DNA of 64,000 bases from NCBI GenBank assembly GCA_010093605.1, contig MU004198.1, forward strand, positions 436,726 to 500,725, in the 5' to 3' direction. Both the position numbers and the translations under genes were made by a program. Of the stretch, positions 35,897-47,986 are shown piece after piece (the first letter of the stretch is position 1; the number at the start of each line of letters is the position of its first letter). Source of the stretch: Lophium mytilinum (lineage: Eukaryota). Under the pieces are notes generated by a model, which was not told the DNA's origin, did no database searches, and worked only from the letters and a program-made list of their open reading frames with translations.

Positions 35897-36835
35897 ATGC
35901 CGAAAGCAGATTCGTCGCTAGGCAAGCAACAAGCCCGCTTGTCCAAGCGGGCGGGACCATACCCACCACGGGCTGGAAAGAAAACTGTCCATAAGCCGCT
36001 GCCCGAGTTCAAATTTGAGGACTCAGATTCCGAAGACATGTTCATCGATGGCGACATCTCTTCAGATGAAGACGAGGAAGGCTCAAGCGTAACGAGCACC
36101 CAAGAAGCCACCACGAGCCCTTACGAGCTTCAGTTGTTCTATGGCCTCCCACGTGAAATACGTGACATAGTCTACAGTTTTGTCGCAGAAGGCGAAGCCG
36201 AGGAGACTGTTACGGTGGGCCCTATCGAGAACACCGTTCGGGTCGGTCTGCAGCGAGACGCATACCATGACACTGCGTCTGCCGGTTACTACCTAGGGAT
36301 GCCAAAGGTCCCGGCCTTGCTTCAGACCAGCCGCCAGGGACGGGAAGAGTATGGCCCCGTTTGGGCTGCGTCCACTGAGTTCATGCTCGGTCTTGCCTCA
36401 GAAGGAGGCCTGAAGACTGTCCGTGAGTGGTTGAAGACCATCGACCCATGGGTCAATAACATCACCAAGCTGAGCTTCGTGCTGCGGAATCGGAATTGGG
36501 AAGATGACGAGGCCGACGTCGAACAGCACGACATGGCCGTCTATACGGGTTGGGTTGAGTACTGGCTCGACCTCAATCCCCGGACACTTGTCGCCGATGG
36601 GAATCTGATCCAAGTCGTTGGAGAGAAGATCTACTACCCCGACGACACATCAAAGCTGGTTCAGACTCATGTCTCTGCGTTCCAGCAATTAGCTGTAGGG
36701 CTGCTGGAGAAGAAGGCCGATAGCACACTTCAAGTGAAGGATCTGGAGGAGCTGATCGAGAAGCTCCTCGAACTTCACGGGAACTACATCGCTCGGGACA
36801 AGACCATTCTTCGACGGCATTTCGGGCCTTGGTAA
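35897..36835 (+). CDS. F-box-like family, paralog 2
   Basis: MPK start; FYGLPREIRDIVY; PALLQTSRQGREEY; TEFMLGLAS; GWVEYWLDL; ends RRHFGPW. Confidence 0.85.
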   Translation: MPKADSSLGKQQARLSKRAGPYPPRAGKKTVHKPLPEFKFEDSDSEDMFIDGDISSDEDEEGSSVTSTQEATTSPYELQLFYGLPREIRDIVYSFVAEGEAEETVTVGPIENTVRVGLQRDAYHDTASAGYYLGMPKVPALLQTSRQGREEYGPVWAASTEFMLGLASEGGLKTVREWLKTIDPWVNNITKLSFVLRNRNWEDDEADVEQHDMAVYTGWVEYWLDLNPRTLVADGNLIQVVGEKIYYPDDTSKLVQTHVSAFQQLAVGLLEKKADSTLQVKDLEELIEKLLELHGNYIARDKTILRRHFGPW

Positions 36836-37800
36836 GCTCGATATGAAGGTCGACGAGGCGGGAGCATGTACGATTGATTGTACTAATTGAAATTGCGAAT
36901 CTTTATGGCGTTTAGGAGCTGAACCTAGACAAGCCTTTCAGCTTGATGGGAGGTATTTTGTTTAGTTGACGATTACAGCATTCAGCATATTGCGGTGCTC
37001 CACTCCACGCTCCTATGATTTGTTTTCCGCGTCACGTTATTCTCCTTTTATCACTTACACCAACTACCTTCTCCATATCAACAGAGAAAGCTCCAAGTTT
37101 CTTTCAACTACTGTAACCTTGCCTTTCGTGACATAAAGCCCAGTGACGTAGACAATGCGTGTCTCTTGACTTCTCTCAATTATACATGCTTTTTGTGGTC
37201 CCTAACGGACTTTTCTATTACTTTGATCATAAAAGCAGTCATCAGACTTGGACCTGGGTCACTCAGTTACAGATGATACACAAGCCAACCAAGACATGTT
37301 GGGACTAGTAAATTGGCAGCATGTCTGTGCTCGATGCGGTAAGCCTAGCTTTTTCGGATCAATGTAAATCTAACTCCTGGAATACTATGTTCTGCTGCAT
37401 AGAGCTGACATTAGCCTTGACGAAGCTCGTTCAATACGCGAAAAGGAGTAATGGCAACTTGGCGGGTCCCCATCGAGTTTCCCGCGAGGAGAACAGTGAG
37501 TGCGAGATTTGGCGCTTATAACATTGTCAGTTTACAACTATATACAATGAGAGAGGTTCAGTTGGTGAGAGTTCCATGTAGACATTCAATGGTACGCCTC
37601 CAAGAGCTACCGGGTACCATTCACGACGCAGAATGGAAGTGAAACCGCACATCTGGGGCGCCAGCGCCTGTATTTATATCACATCAACACTTCTCCAATC
37701 TTTTTCTCATTCAGACCACCCACCACTTGTGTCCCCCCCCGACACACGCATCCACTTCCTCAAACAAACCACCCTGACAGATTCAACCAAGGGGTTCGTC

Positions 37801-38997
37801 ATGCCTAAAGTCAATACTTCAATCCGCACGTCCAACGGACCGTCTCCTGTCGGCCGTCGACCTCCCGCTCGTGTGTCCCCATATCCCTCGCGAACGGAGA
37901 CCCATTCACGACAAGCAATGGTTTCTTCCCGTCGGCGATCAGACGAAAAGGACACATGCGTCAATCCCGCCCTCTCTGACGGTTCTGAATCGGAGGAGAT
38001 GGTCATTGCCACCACGGAAACAAGCCAAATCAAAACTGAAATCGCCTTCAACGCATGGGAATCGGATGATGAAGACATGTTCGTGGATCCTGTGGAGTCG
38101 GACGACGAAGACATGTTCGTGGATCCTGGGGAGTCAGATGACGACGATATGTTCGTTGATTCTGTGAAGTCTGACGCAGTGTCGCGGAACGGTAGGATGA
38201 TTCCAATGATCGTTCTCGAAGACGAAAAAGAGGTTCTGGAGGGCACACCAGAGGATCGTCTCAATCTTAACGATGTATCCGGCTTCTTCAAGCTGCCGCG
38301 CGAAGTCCGAGATCAGATCTATGGCTATGTGGCGGATGGTAGAGAAGAGGATACCGAGTACGTGTGCAAGCAGAGCGACAAGTACCGCGATGCCCGTCTC
38401 CCGCCAGTCCCGCCTCTCTTGCAAGTTTCTCGGAGGACACGAGCCGAGTATCTTCCAGTTTACGTCTCGAAGACTGAGTTTGTACTCGGCCTCGCCTCAG
38501 TGGACAGCCTGAAGATCGTCAACAGATGGCTGAACTTCATCAAACCAGAGATCACCGAGCTCACAAAGATGAGCTTCATCCTACGCAAGTGCGACTGGAA
38601 TCGCAAGAACTTCGTCCCCCACCCAGAAGACCGCCCCCGGCCTCGATGGTCAATCTGGGCAGAGTGCTACGCCCACACATCCGACATGGACGACCACCCC
38701 GACTCCCATTATAGCGGCTGGGCGGAGTATTGGGTGGACTTCAAGCAAGAGGTAGCAGACGGCAATCTTATCCAGGTTGTCCAAAAAGACCTCTACTACC
38801 ACGAGACGACTTCTGGCGCTATCCAGAACGAGCTTGCGCTCTTTAAACAACAAGCCGCGCCTATGTTTCTCAAGCGGAAGGATGAGACATTGGCGCTAGA
38901 GGACATTCAGAACCTGATCAATGCGCTCTTGGAGATGCACGGAAATTACGTGGTTAAAGAGTATGAAATTTCTCGGTGGTACTTTGGATCTTGGTAG
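37801..38997 (+). CDS. F-box-like family, paralog 3
   Basis: MPK start; FFKLPREVRDQIY; PPLLQVSRRTRAEY; TEFVLGLAS; GWAEYWVDF; ends RWYFGSW; TATA-like element at ~37671. Confidence 0.85.
   Translation: MPKVNTSIRTSNGPSPVGRRPPARVSPYPSRTETHSRQAMVSSRRRSDEKDTCVNPALSDGSESEEMVIATTETSQIKTEIAFNAWESDDEDMFVDPVESDDEDMFVDPGESDDDDMFVDSVKSDAVSRNGRMIPMIVLEDEKEVLEGTPEDRLNLNDVSGFFKLPREVRDQIYGYVADGREEDTEYVCKQSDKYRDARLPPVPPLLQVSRRTRAEYLPVYVSKTEFVLGLASVDSLKIVNRWLNFIKPEITELTKMSFILRKCDWNRKNFVPHPEDRPRPRWSIWAECYAHTSDMDDHPDSHYSGWAEYWVDFKQEVADGNLIQVVQKDLYYHETTSGAIQNELALFKQQAAPMFLKRKDETLALEDIQNLINALLEMHGNYVVKEYEISRWYFGSW
38059..38166 (+). repeat. 36-nt coding tandem repeat x3 (ESDDEDMFVDPV)
   Basis: Three consecutive 12-aa acidic units in paralog 3. 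Confidence 0.9.
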
Positions 38998-40117
38998 ATG
39001 CGCCTGGATCAGGGAGGTTGGCCATACCGTTGCTGTTTTCGAATTGCTGGCAGAATAGCAGGGAATTTCATCTTGTAGGTCGTTTATGACAGCTATGTCA
39101 TCCTGGAGACCCGCATCTCCCGCCGATACTTTCGACTCTGCTAGGGGTGTTGGGGAAGTTGGCGAGGCATACTGGCGGATTCTGAAGGGCTTCGAGTCAA
39201 ATTGACGTTTCTGCATGAGTTTAACGCGTGTAGATCGAGCTGACTGTTTAGATGGCGTTGATATCTATAGGTAGAGTAGAAGGCCGTCGAGGTAGCTATA
39301 AATACTATTGCAATTTCTCCCAGACTTCCGAAAGCTGTGACGCTTGCAATAATGTGATTTCTTTGAAAGTCTCCTCATGCTTCTATGATGGCACGTGAGC
39401 GTGTATCCTAGTCTCAACTTACGATTAATAGAAAGTCACTCTATCTACATAGGTAGAGTCAACGGTCATATGTAAGATGCAATATCGAATGTTGAGTTTC
39501 TTTTCTCCCATCTTGCGTTCGCATGGGTTAGTTATATGCACACTCTGGTTTCCAGTAAAGTCTGCAAAGAAGACGGACCTGAGGCCTAGATGCCCGTTCA
39601 TCTACAGGCAATGTTCTGAACGGCTACTAATCAGTAACGGGGTAACAGTACCTCCGGGTCCGCGACTGAGGCGGTAAGTCCAACATGGTACAAGTCCTAA
39701 TACTTTGAAAATAACCTACACTGTTGATCAAGCGCGCTACCTTGTTTGTCGCAGTTCGCTATACTAGAGAGAACGGATCGCGGAAGCTTGCAAGAAGATC
39801 TCACATTGAAAGTCTGCCTAGAAGCCAGGTGGATAGCAAATTTGACCCGGGGAACGTTGTTAGCTTACACTCGGATATTCATGGGCTATCTAGGGACACT
39901 CAGTGAATACCCTATATAGGGGTTTATTCAAACGCTTTCACGCACCTGGAGGCATCAGCACGCGTATATAAATCCGCATCAACATTTTGTTCATCCTTTT
40001 TTCTCATTCATACCACACTCCACTCGCACACCACCACCTCACTTTCAACACACACTCATACATACAGCGCAACAGACACGTACCTACCTTTGTCAATCAG
40101 CGGACCAAAGACGCAAC

Positions 40118-41008
40118 ATGCCAAAACTTCAGTCTTCCGTTCGCAAAGTCGAGCGCGACGTGCCATACCCATCCGGCGCAGAACCCCGTTCTAAACGCGC
40201 GACCACCCACAAGTCGTTGAAATCCGATAAAAAACGTATGACCGTCAACCATGCCGCATCTGCAGTGCCCATGAAAGTGCGCGCTCGCAAGGCGGATGAA
40301 ATCATCCGGAAGTACCAGACGCCAGGGTGGCTCACGAAACTCAACGACGACTCACGCTTCTTCCACCTCCCGCGCGAGGTCCGGGATATGATCTACGGCT
40401 GCGTGGCGGTTTCTGACGAAGAGGGCACTACATACGTCTGCCTCCAGGATGACAACAAAATCCGTCTTCCAACAGTTCCAGGCGCGCTTCAGGTCTCTCG
40501 ACGGATGCGATCGGAGTACTTCCCAGTCTATGTCGCCAACACCGAGTTCGTGCTAGGTCTGGCGTCCATCAACAGCATCAAGGTCGTGGAACGCTGGCTG
40601 GATTTCATCGAACCCGAGGTCACGGAGTTGAACCAGATGAGCCTGATTCTGCGAAACACGAAGTGGTTGCGCGGCGTTCTGTCCCCCAATGCAGACGTGC
40701 CCGAACGCGAGGAGTCCTACTACAGCGGCTTCGCAGAATTCTGGGTCAACTTCAAGGAATCTATCGCTGATGGTAATCAGATCCAGTCGGTAGGCAAGGA
40801 GCTCTTCTACCATGACCGCACTTCGCGGTACGTCCACCAGGAGGTCCAGCAGTTCCAGCAGATGGCTGAGGAGCTTCGTGTCCATCGAGCTGCAGAGACG
40901 TTGACGGTGTCCCATGTGCGCCGACTCATCGATACGCTACTTGAGATCACTGGGAGGTTCATCGTCCAGGAAGCCCACATCAACCGCGCGAACTTTGGCC
41001 CTTGGTAA
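40118..41008 (+). CDS. F-box-like family, paralog 4
   Basis: MPK start; FFHLPREVRDMIY; PGALQVSRRMRSEY; TEFVLGLAS; GFAEFWVNF; ends RANFGPW; TATATAAA at ~39965. Confidence 0.85.
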   Translation: MPKLQSSVRKVERDVPYPSGAEPRSKRATTHKSLKSDKKRMTVNHAASAVPMKVRARKADEIIRKYQTPGWLTKLNDDSRFFHLPREVRDMIYGCVAVSDEEGTTYVCLQDDNKIRLPTVPGALQVSRRMRSEYFPVYVANTEFVLGLASINSIKVVERWLDFIEPEVTELNQMSLILRNTKWLRGVLSPNADVPEREESYYSGFAEFWVNFKESIADGNQIQSVGKELFYHDRTSRYVHQEVQQFQQMAEELRVHRAAETLTVSHVRRLIDTLLEITGRFIVQEAHINRANFGPW

Positions 41009-41450
41009 CGGAGCTTGCCAATGTGATGGCCATTGGTACCTATCTTGAGAAGTATGGCTCTTCTGAATCTCGTCAGCCGAGGCGAGGGACGGTAAGTGTA
41101 TCTGAGCGTGATGATTGGACCGGAAGCCATGCATAAGGGGTGGCTCGGGTCCAAGAAAGGGACTGGGATTTGATCCCTCAATTACGATGTTTCATGTCGA
41201 AACCTATGGCATATGTTAAAGGCGTTGGGGAATCCAGTTTAGCCTCTCATAACAGATACATAGCAAGCACTTGTATCATGCCTGTCTATCATCATGCGTG
41301 ACACCACCTTTGAAATGAAATGTGAGAAAGCTGTCTAACGCAACAAACAGCACGTCTACTGTACCGCAATAGAGTATCAAACTGATCGAAAAGAGAGGAT
41401 ACTGGAAACTTCCAGGGTACTTGCCCTTTTAGGAGTGAGGGTTGGCAGAG

Positions 41451-42764
41451 TTAGTTAGCCTTTACTTCAGGAAGCCCATATGTCGCTGCTAGCCTCCTAT
41501 TCAGATGATCTTGTGCCGTCATAACCTCGTCTGCGCCCCCAGTCCCGCCTCCGTAGCCAACTTTGAGCTTCTGATCCTCGCCTTCAGCGCTATGAAACCC
41601 TTTCACTTTCGCACTAGGCACAGGCACTAAGCGAGCTTCATCAAGAGGATGGCAAAAGTATGCGATACTGTACCGGTCCTCGCTAGACTTACCTTCCTCT
41701 GGCTGGGGAAAGATGACGCGATGGACTGTGCTTTTTAGAAGTCCGTTTGTCCAATAGGATAGAAGGTCTCCGATGTTGACGAGGATAGGTGGATTGGGTT
41801 CAGATGTTGGATTGACGGGAACGGGCGCCCATTCGTTCGATGCGGTGAGAATTTCTAGGCCGGGTTGAGATGGGAGCTGGAAGAGGAGTGTAACGCTTCC
41901 ATAGTCTGAGTGGGCGCCTGCTCGGATATCGGTCTGATCTGGTGGTGATGGCACAGAGGGGTACTGCCATGGTTAGCAACCTCCGATATAATGATGATGC
42001 CGCGCAAGCATGTCTTACGTATAACAAGCGCAGTATGCTTCCAGACGGGCCTTTGGCTCTGTTGTGCCGCTCAGAGAACCACTTATCTCCGCCGTCTGCA
42101 GAAGGAATCTCTAGGGCGGCAGCAAAGAGGTCCATGATTTTGTTGCAAAGATCGTGGCATTGATCTATGAATTGGGAGATCCGAGACTCTCCTTCGACGA
42201 GAGGTGCTGGTAATGGCTGATTGGCTTTGCCGTTACTGAATTCGCCGATATTGAAGGCCCTACTAGAGTTTAGGTATGAAGTGGAATTGGAAATGCCAAA
42301 ACGCTGACTCTTTGAAATCACCTCTCTGTCAACGAGTTAGTCTTTGGGCTAGTACAAGATTCAGATGTAATGAATCAAGATGATAGATAGTATGACAAAT
42401 GATGGGATCAAGACCTGCTGATGTGCTGGATCGAGTGTCTCAGTATGCATTGACAACCATCCTCGATTCTTCCCAGACTTGCTTGAGTTGATCGAGCATG
42501 TTGCTTTCACTTTCGTTGGCGATTGGAAGAAAGTGTGCGACTGAAGTACTCAGCATTTGGCACTGCTCACTCGGATACATAACGAAGTCCTACTAGGTCA
42601 AAAATAGCCTGTATATCTGCTGGTGGAATGCCAACATCGTGGTTCTTGACGAAGACGAAACCGAATGTTGACGCGGCGTTGAGAATGTTTCTCGCGGTCT
42701 CTGATGAAGGAGATGATATGTCAATGACAGGTATGTCCGTGCTACTGGTTGTTACAGCCGCCAT
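41451..42764 (-). CDS. 2OG-Fe(II) oxygenase (IPNS/DIOX_N-like), multi-exon
   Basis: IPVIDIS..AASTFGFVFV; RAGAHSDYGSVTLLFQ; LVNIGDLLSYWTNGLLKSTVHRV; RYSIAYFCHP. Confidence 0.9.
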
Positions 42765-43060
42765 CTCGATTATATTTGGGGAAAGGAATATTAAGGCTGT
42801 GGTGTCGAGGTGCGAGGTTATCGTGGAACTGCACACAAGGACGTGTGGGCTGACCAGCGCATCTGGCGCATTTAGTCAACCGTAAAAGCTTAAGCTCAAC
42901 ATCTACGCCGGCGCACCTCCTCACAAACACGACTGCGAAACCGCAAACCTGACCATTGTTGTCGCATCTCAAAGGCATTGAGGTGGCCTACGTTTGCAGG
43001 AGCTGCCGGTCTCCTTCTTAACACCACCGTCCTCGGTCGTTGCCCCACCCAACACTCACC

Positions 43061-45518
43061 ATGATCCGCGACTTCGACAACTGGAACACCAGCCTGAGTG
43101 AGGTCGCAGCGTTGGACGAGTTTGCCAATTGTACAATTGCTATAGAGGCGGCAGATTATATCACCAACCATCTTCTCATCCACTCATGGAAGGAACCGCT
43201 TCTCCCAGCCCTCGGCGGCCTCCCCTTTGGCATGAAACATCGCGTTGAGTCCGACCTTGAGAAATTCAAAGCCTTCCACATTCAGCCCATCTTCGTATTC
43301 AGCGGTCTTGCCTTTGGCGAGAAGGAAGACGTCTTCCGCGTGTCCGAGATTGCTGCTGAGGTCAACGAGCAAGCCTGGGACTTGTACGACAAACACCAGG
43401 CCGAACTTGCTGTTGCGAGATTTGGGGAGTCAAGTAAGAGCGCGAGGTATCCTACATGTGGATGTGCATAGCTGATAATAGCATAGCTTCTGTTAAAGCA
43501 GAGGATCTATTCCGCGCCTTTCAATCTATCCTACACGAACACAAGATTCCTTTCCAGGTTGCGCCATACAGCGCCTGGGCTCAGGTATGCCTTCTCATTG
43601 TCCACTGGCCTGCTACAGCCTATTAACTCCTTTGCAGCTAGCCTATCTCGAAAAGCATTGCCGTAATAGGATACATGCCATTGCTGGCTCCTCCGAACTC
43701 CTCCTCTTCGATTGCGACAAATTCATAACTAGCTTTGATTTCCCCAACGGACAGGCGAGATGGATCAAGCGGGATAAATGCATCGCAGATTTGAAGAGAT
43801 TCACTGGAAATGGCGACATCTCCGGCGAAATGTTCGTCGACGCGTGCATGCTGTCAGGGACCAATTTTCTCCCAACTTTGCCGCAGCTGAACCACGGCAA
43901 TGCTCGCGTCAAACAGCCTAAGCCACACAGTGCGATTGAGATGATGATGATGGGCCCTGGTCGCAGTGGGATTGCCGTATGCCTCCAATACCAGGACGAG
44001 CCGAGCTTCCAGCAGATCAACTATCTTGACAAGTACCGAAAGACGCGCATGGCTGTGAAGCATCACCCGATCCTCACTGACCAGGGAAAGATAGAGCCAT
44101 TGGACGCTGTAAATGTGCCGAACGACGTGCACGAGTTTATCGGTCAGCGCCTGCCAGACGAAATCTACTACTATCTATCCAAGGGCCTCATCGGGCCGCG
44201 GGTACTGAATTGGCGGACATCCGGGGAAATAGTCGAGCTGAAACCATTGGATGGCGGCGACTCGGATGAATATCGTAAGCTCGTCAGCGTTAAACTCACC
44301 CCGATGCGCACGACTGCAATCTCATTGCTCTCATATTCCCTACATCGATTCTACCAACATAAGGACTTGGCTTTGAAGTGCTACTTTGACGATGGACAAG
44401 GCGGAAAGCATACGGATAGCATTAGCATGCGAGACCTGACCGATCCTAGGCCGCTGGTTGAGAAGTGGAACGTCAAGGCTGAAGGTTCCAAAGATGAGAC
44501 GGCTAAATACCAAGGTGGTCTCCTTGGAAAAGCTATCCTAAGTCTCAAAGATGCACAATTTGGCAGCAAAACAATCACAGCGAAAAATCCCAAAGTCGTA
44601 AGTTTGAGATCTCAAAACCAAGCCGATTGCTGACAAAAGCTTAGCTCCTATCGACGAATGAGGAGATCCTTTCCAACGCTGTTTGGCGATTCTTACACTT
44701 GCGAGGCTACATCGATAGCAACCACAAGCTGACTCCTTGGGGAGAGGTGCTCGCGACCACCATTGCAGCACTTGAAGGCAACGCCGAGCTCGAAGAAGCC
44801 GCTACCATCGCCGTCGAACTTGCTCGCCTTGATCTCCTAAATGCTCGAGAAATGTTCCGGTATGGAGGTGCTCCTATGCGAGGTGAACGTAAGTGACCAA
44901 CCCAAAATGCTCCAGAAACATGACTGATGTGCCGCAGTGGTCGACAAGCGGAACAATCTACTTGTTTCCCGAGTTGCTTGCCTCGGTAATCTACGCCATA
45001 AGCCCATCGGTTTCACTGGACCACTCAGTAGGCATATGCTTGCCTATCACTCGATGACTACCGCTGTTCGTAGCACTCTTCGAGATCTTGCGGAAGTCAG
45101 CCTCACCACGATATTGCTGAGCGGCGATGCGAAACGCCCGCTATCTGATCCTTACCGACTTGGCATGGAGTAAGACTCGCCTAATTATATGACAAAGACG
45201 GAACGATTGTGCTAATTTTTACGCAGCCTTCCCTTTCTGCTACCGAACACTTGCGCACTTGGAATCGCGGTAAAGTCTTACCTCGACGAGCTTCTTGCCA
45301 AACCGGGCTTACCCGCCACTGCGGACGAAACGAAGGCTATGATCAAAGAAGACCTTGTGGCGCGCTACTTCCCTCAATGCCTGGATATCATAGAAGATCT
45401 GAAGACGGCATTCAAACTCTGGGACGCAGTCTATGCCGGTATCAAGTCCGCCGGTGACCTCGTCAAAGACAAGCAGGTCTGGAACGAGACCAACGAGTGG
45501 CTGGCTGACAGGCGTTAA
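43061..45518 (+). CDS. MKT1: Mkt1-like PIN/XPG-like post-transcriptional regulator, multi-exon
   Basis: EPLLPALGGLPF, PIFVFSGL, VAPYSAWAQLAYL, DACMLSG, PNDVHEFIGQRLPDEIYYYLSKGL, LRGYID..HKLTPWG, GFTGPLSR.MLAYHS, LGIAVKSYL; start approximate. Confidence 0.85.
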
Positions 45519-46298
45519 GCTCCCGTTCACATCATCTTCTTTCCCTTGCTTCTCCATCACCAAAAGCAGCATGAATCTGTGATTGAGGGTATGACTATGT
45601 CAGGCGCATGTCCGGAAAAGTTTAGGGATTTCGGAATTTATCGAAACAAATGAAGAAGGTGGTTTGCCGATGGCGAGCTCATTTCGTCATTTGGATAGAT
45701 GCGTGTTGTTCTGCGAAGGGAAAGGGTTAAGGTGGGTCTGAATTAATGGCGAGGCCGGCGGGCTTTCGCAATGGAGTAGGTAGTCAGATTCAATAGAAAA
45801 ATGGCATTCCGACTCGATCCACGTTGTGGCTTTGATTTGTAGGTGGGGTGGCTTTCAAAAATTATCACCCATATTTCCCAGTCACGTGTTCTGCATCTGC
45901 GCTCATTATTGGGTTGACTCAACTCTTTTCTATCTCAATAGCTCAGGACTTGAAGGCTTATGGTCAAATGCTTCAATTTTTGCGGCACGTACAAGCTTTT
46001 GGCTGCTTGGCTTTGGTCGTTGCCAACATTTCCGAATTTTATTGCATTTAGTCACCATTACATCGTACATCAAGTTTGGGTATTGGGATCTGGGGATTTT
46101 GCATTGAGAATGGTTATCAGAAGCTATGTGTTGTGGTAGAAAAGTTGTTGTGGGGTTGGGGCAAGAGTAAGGGTACACTCTAGTACGTGGACGCCATCCA
46201 GAAAAACAATCTAACGCCACTACGTCGGTCTCTATCTGGTCTCATCTCTGTGTTCTGTCAGTTGTCGAAATCGCGACTTTATTGGAAAGACAACGCGC

Positions 46299-47465
46299 TC
46301 AACTTGTCCTCCTGGGACGGATCGTCTCCTCGTATTCTTCGACGACCTCACCGTGCTCCTTGAGAATATAGTGTTTCTTGGTTCCACCCGCACTATTCCA
46401 CCCTTCCAATTCCAGGACTGGATGTTCTTTGTCGGATGAAAGCGGCCGAAAGTTCAGGAACCCATTCTGTTTGGACTCCTCGAAGTTGTCCCAAGTAGAA
46501 TTGAGGAATAAGCGTAAGATCCATTCCAATGGTACGAAGAAAATATGCCGCCTATCCATAGGTTGCTTGAGCACTGACATAGGACCTATGTACAAGCTGG
46601 CCGACTCCGAATAGCGATATTGCGATATGACACCACCAAGGGCAAAAATTTCCCACGAGTATCCCGCCTCTTCAGTGACGGAATCGTTTCCAAATACTCG
46701 TCTCTCTTTATCTCCGGAGAGTCTACACAGGTTGTGGAAGGCGTGAGCGAGCTCATGGCAGAGAGCAATTGCAATATGGAAATTAAGCTTCAGCCTCTGG
46801 TCTCTAGCTAATTTCTTTTGGTGTGCTAGCAGGAGAAGACGCGCATGTTTCAGGTTCAACCCTATCACAGGGTATGCGGGAAGCTCCCTCTGAGTTTCCC
46901 CGTAACTTTTCATGAACTCGGCTTTCATTGCACCCATTGCACCCATGGTTCGCATTACGCTGATTCTCAGTCCGGTGTTGCTGTTCCAGGTACTTGCGAC
47001 GATATTCGGTTCATTGCCTATTCCGAACATGAACGTAGTCCTGCTAGCAAGGAGGTCGAGATACTCGCATGCTACGTCCTTGGGTGACAGTGCCGCATAC
47101 TGCTTTGGGATTTGTTCCTTGTATGCCTCGACGCTCTTCACCCAGAACTCCTGTAGATTCTCGTGCCGGATGAGTTTTGTTGCTAGACGAAATGAGGGAA
47201 TCAGCATTTTCCACAGGATATCCATCTCTGCTTCACTAGCCGCGTCGACTTTGAAGAGAGGCCCGTCTATATCGCAGGTTACGTTGTTCTCATCAACGCC
47301 GAGGACCCAATTACTTCGTTGAAATACGGGGTCAATGTCGTTGTCTAGCAGTTTGCTCTGATCTACCGGTGGAATCGACCCGCTCATGCCGTGTTTTAGA
47401 AGCATTTCATTGAGGATTGGCCCAGTCAACGGTAGCAGCGGCTCAGGTGAAGGCTCTTTGCCCAT
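46299..47465 (-). CDS. HExxH zincin-like protein, paralog A
   Basis: 388-aa intronless ORF; LCHELAHAF followed by EAGYSWE; no signal peptide. Confidence 0.8.
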   Translation of the reverse strand: MGKEPSPEPLLPLTGPILNEMLLKHGMSGSIPPVDQSKLLDNDIDPVFQRSNWVLGVDENNVTCDIDGPLFKVDAASEAEMDILWKMLIPSFRLATKLIRHENLQEFWVKSVEAYKEQIPKQYAALSPKDVACEYLDLLASRTTFMFGIGNEPNIVASTWNSNTGLRISVMRTMGAMGAMKAEFMKSYGETQRELPAYPVIGLNLKHARLLLLAHQKKLARDQRLKLNFHIAIALCHELAHAFHNLCRLSGDKERRVFGNDSVTEEAGYSWEIFALGGVISQYRYSESASLYIGPMSVLKQPMDRRHIFFVPLEWILRLFLNSTWDNFEESKQNGFLNFRPLSSDKEHPVLELEGWNSAGGTKKHYILKEHGEVVEEYEETIRPRRTS

Positions 47466-47986
47466 GATTGAGCTTAGACGCGTTGCTTGAAAAATCTTGA
47501 AGTATGGGTTAAGTCTTTGCAGAGTTGGGTTACTGAGGCGGTGTCAAGGTTCGAAAAAGGGTTTCTGACACCTGAATACTGGCATCAGGGCGGGTTTTAT
47601 GCATCGTACAAGGCCAGCGAGTGTACAATTCGTTCCATTGTAAAGGCACAGTATAAGGTATTCGTCTTATTTAGGATTTACAATTAACAATGAATACTAA
47701 TTTCTATCTTCTAGTAGGCCAACGATAGTGAGCAGGCATCAAGTGCATAATTGCGCGAAGGAACGTCCATTATGGTGGATATCGAAACAAAATGCTAGTA
47801 TAATAAAGAAGAGTCGTATCGAGGAAGTTTCAGAGGAAGTCGACGAGGAAATCGAAGAGTTAATTATTTACCGGATCGGTCCAAGACATCTTTACAGTCT
47901 CTTGAATCCTGTACAGCTATGACGCCTTATCTCAAATGGCTGCCATGGGACTCATCTATTACGCCGCTGGCCACTACTGTTCTTAC

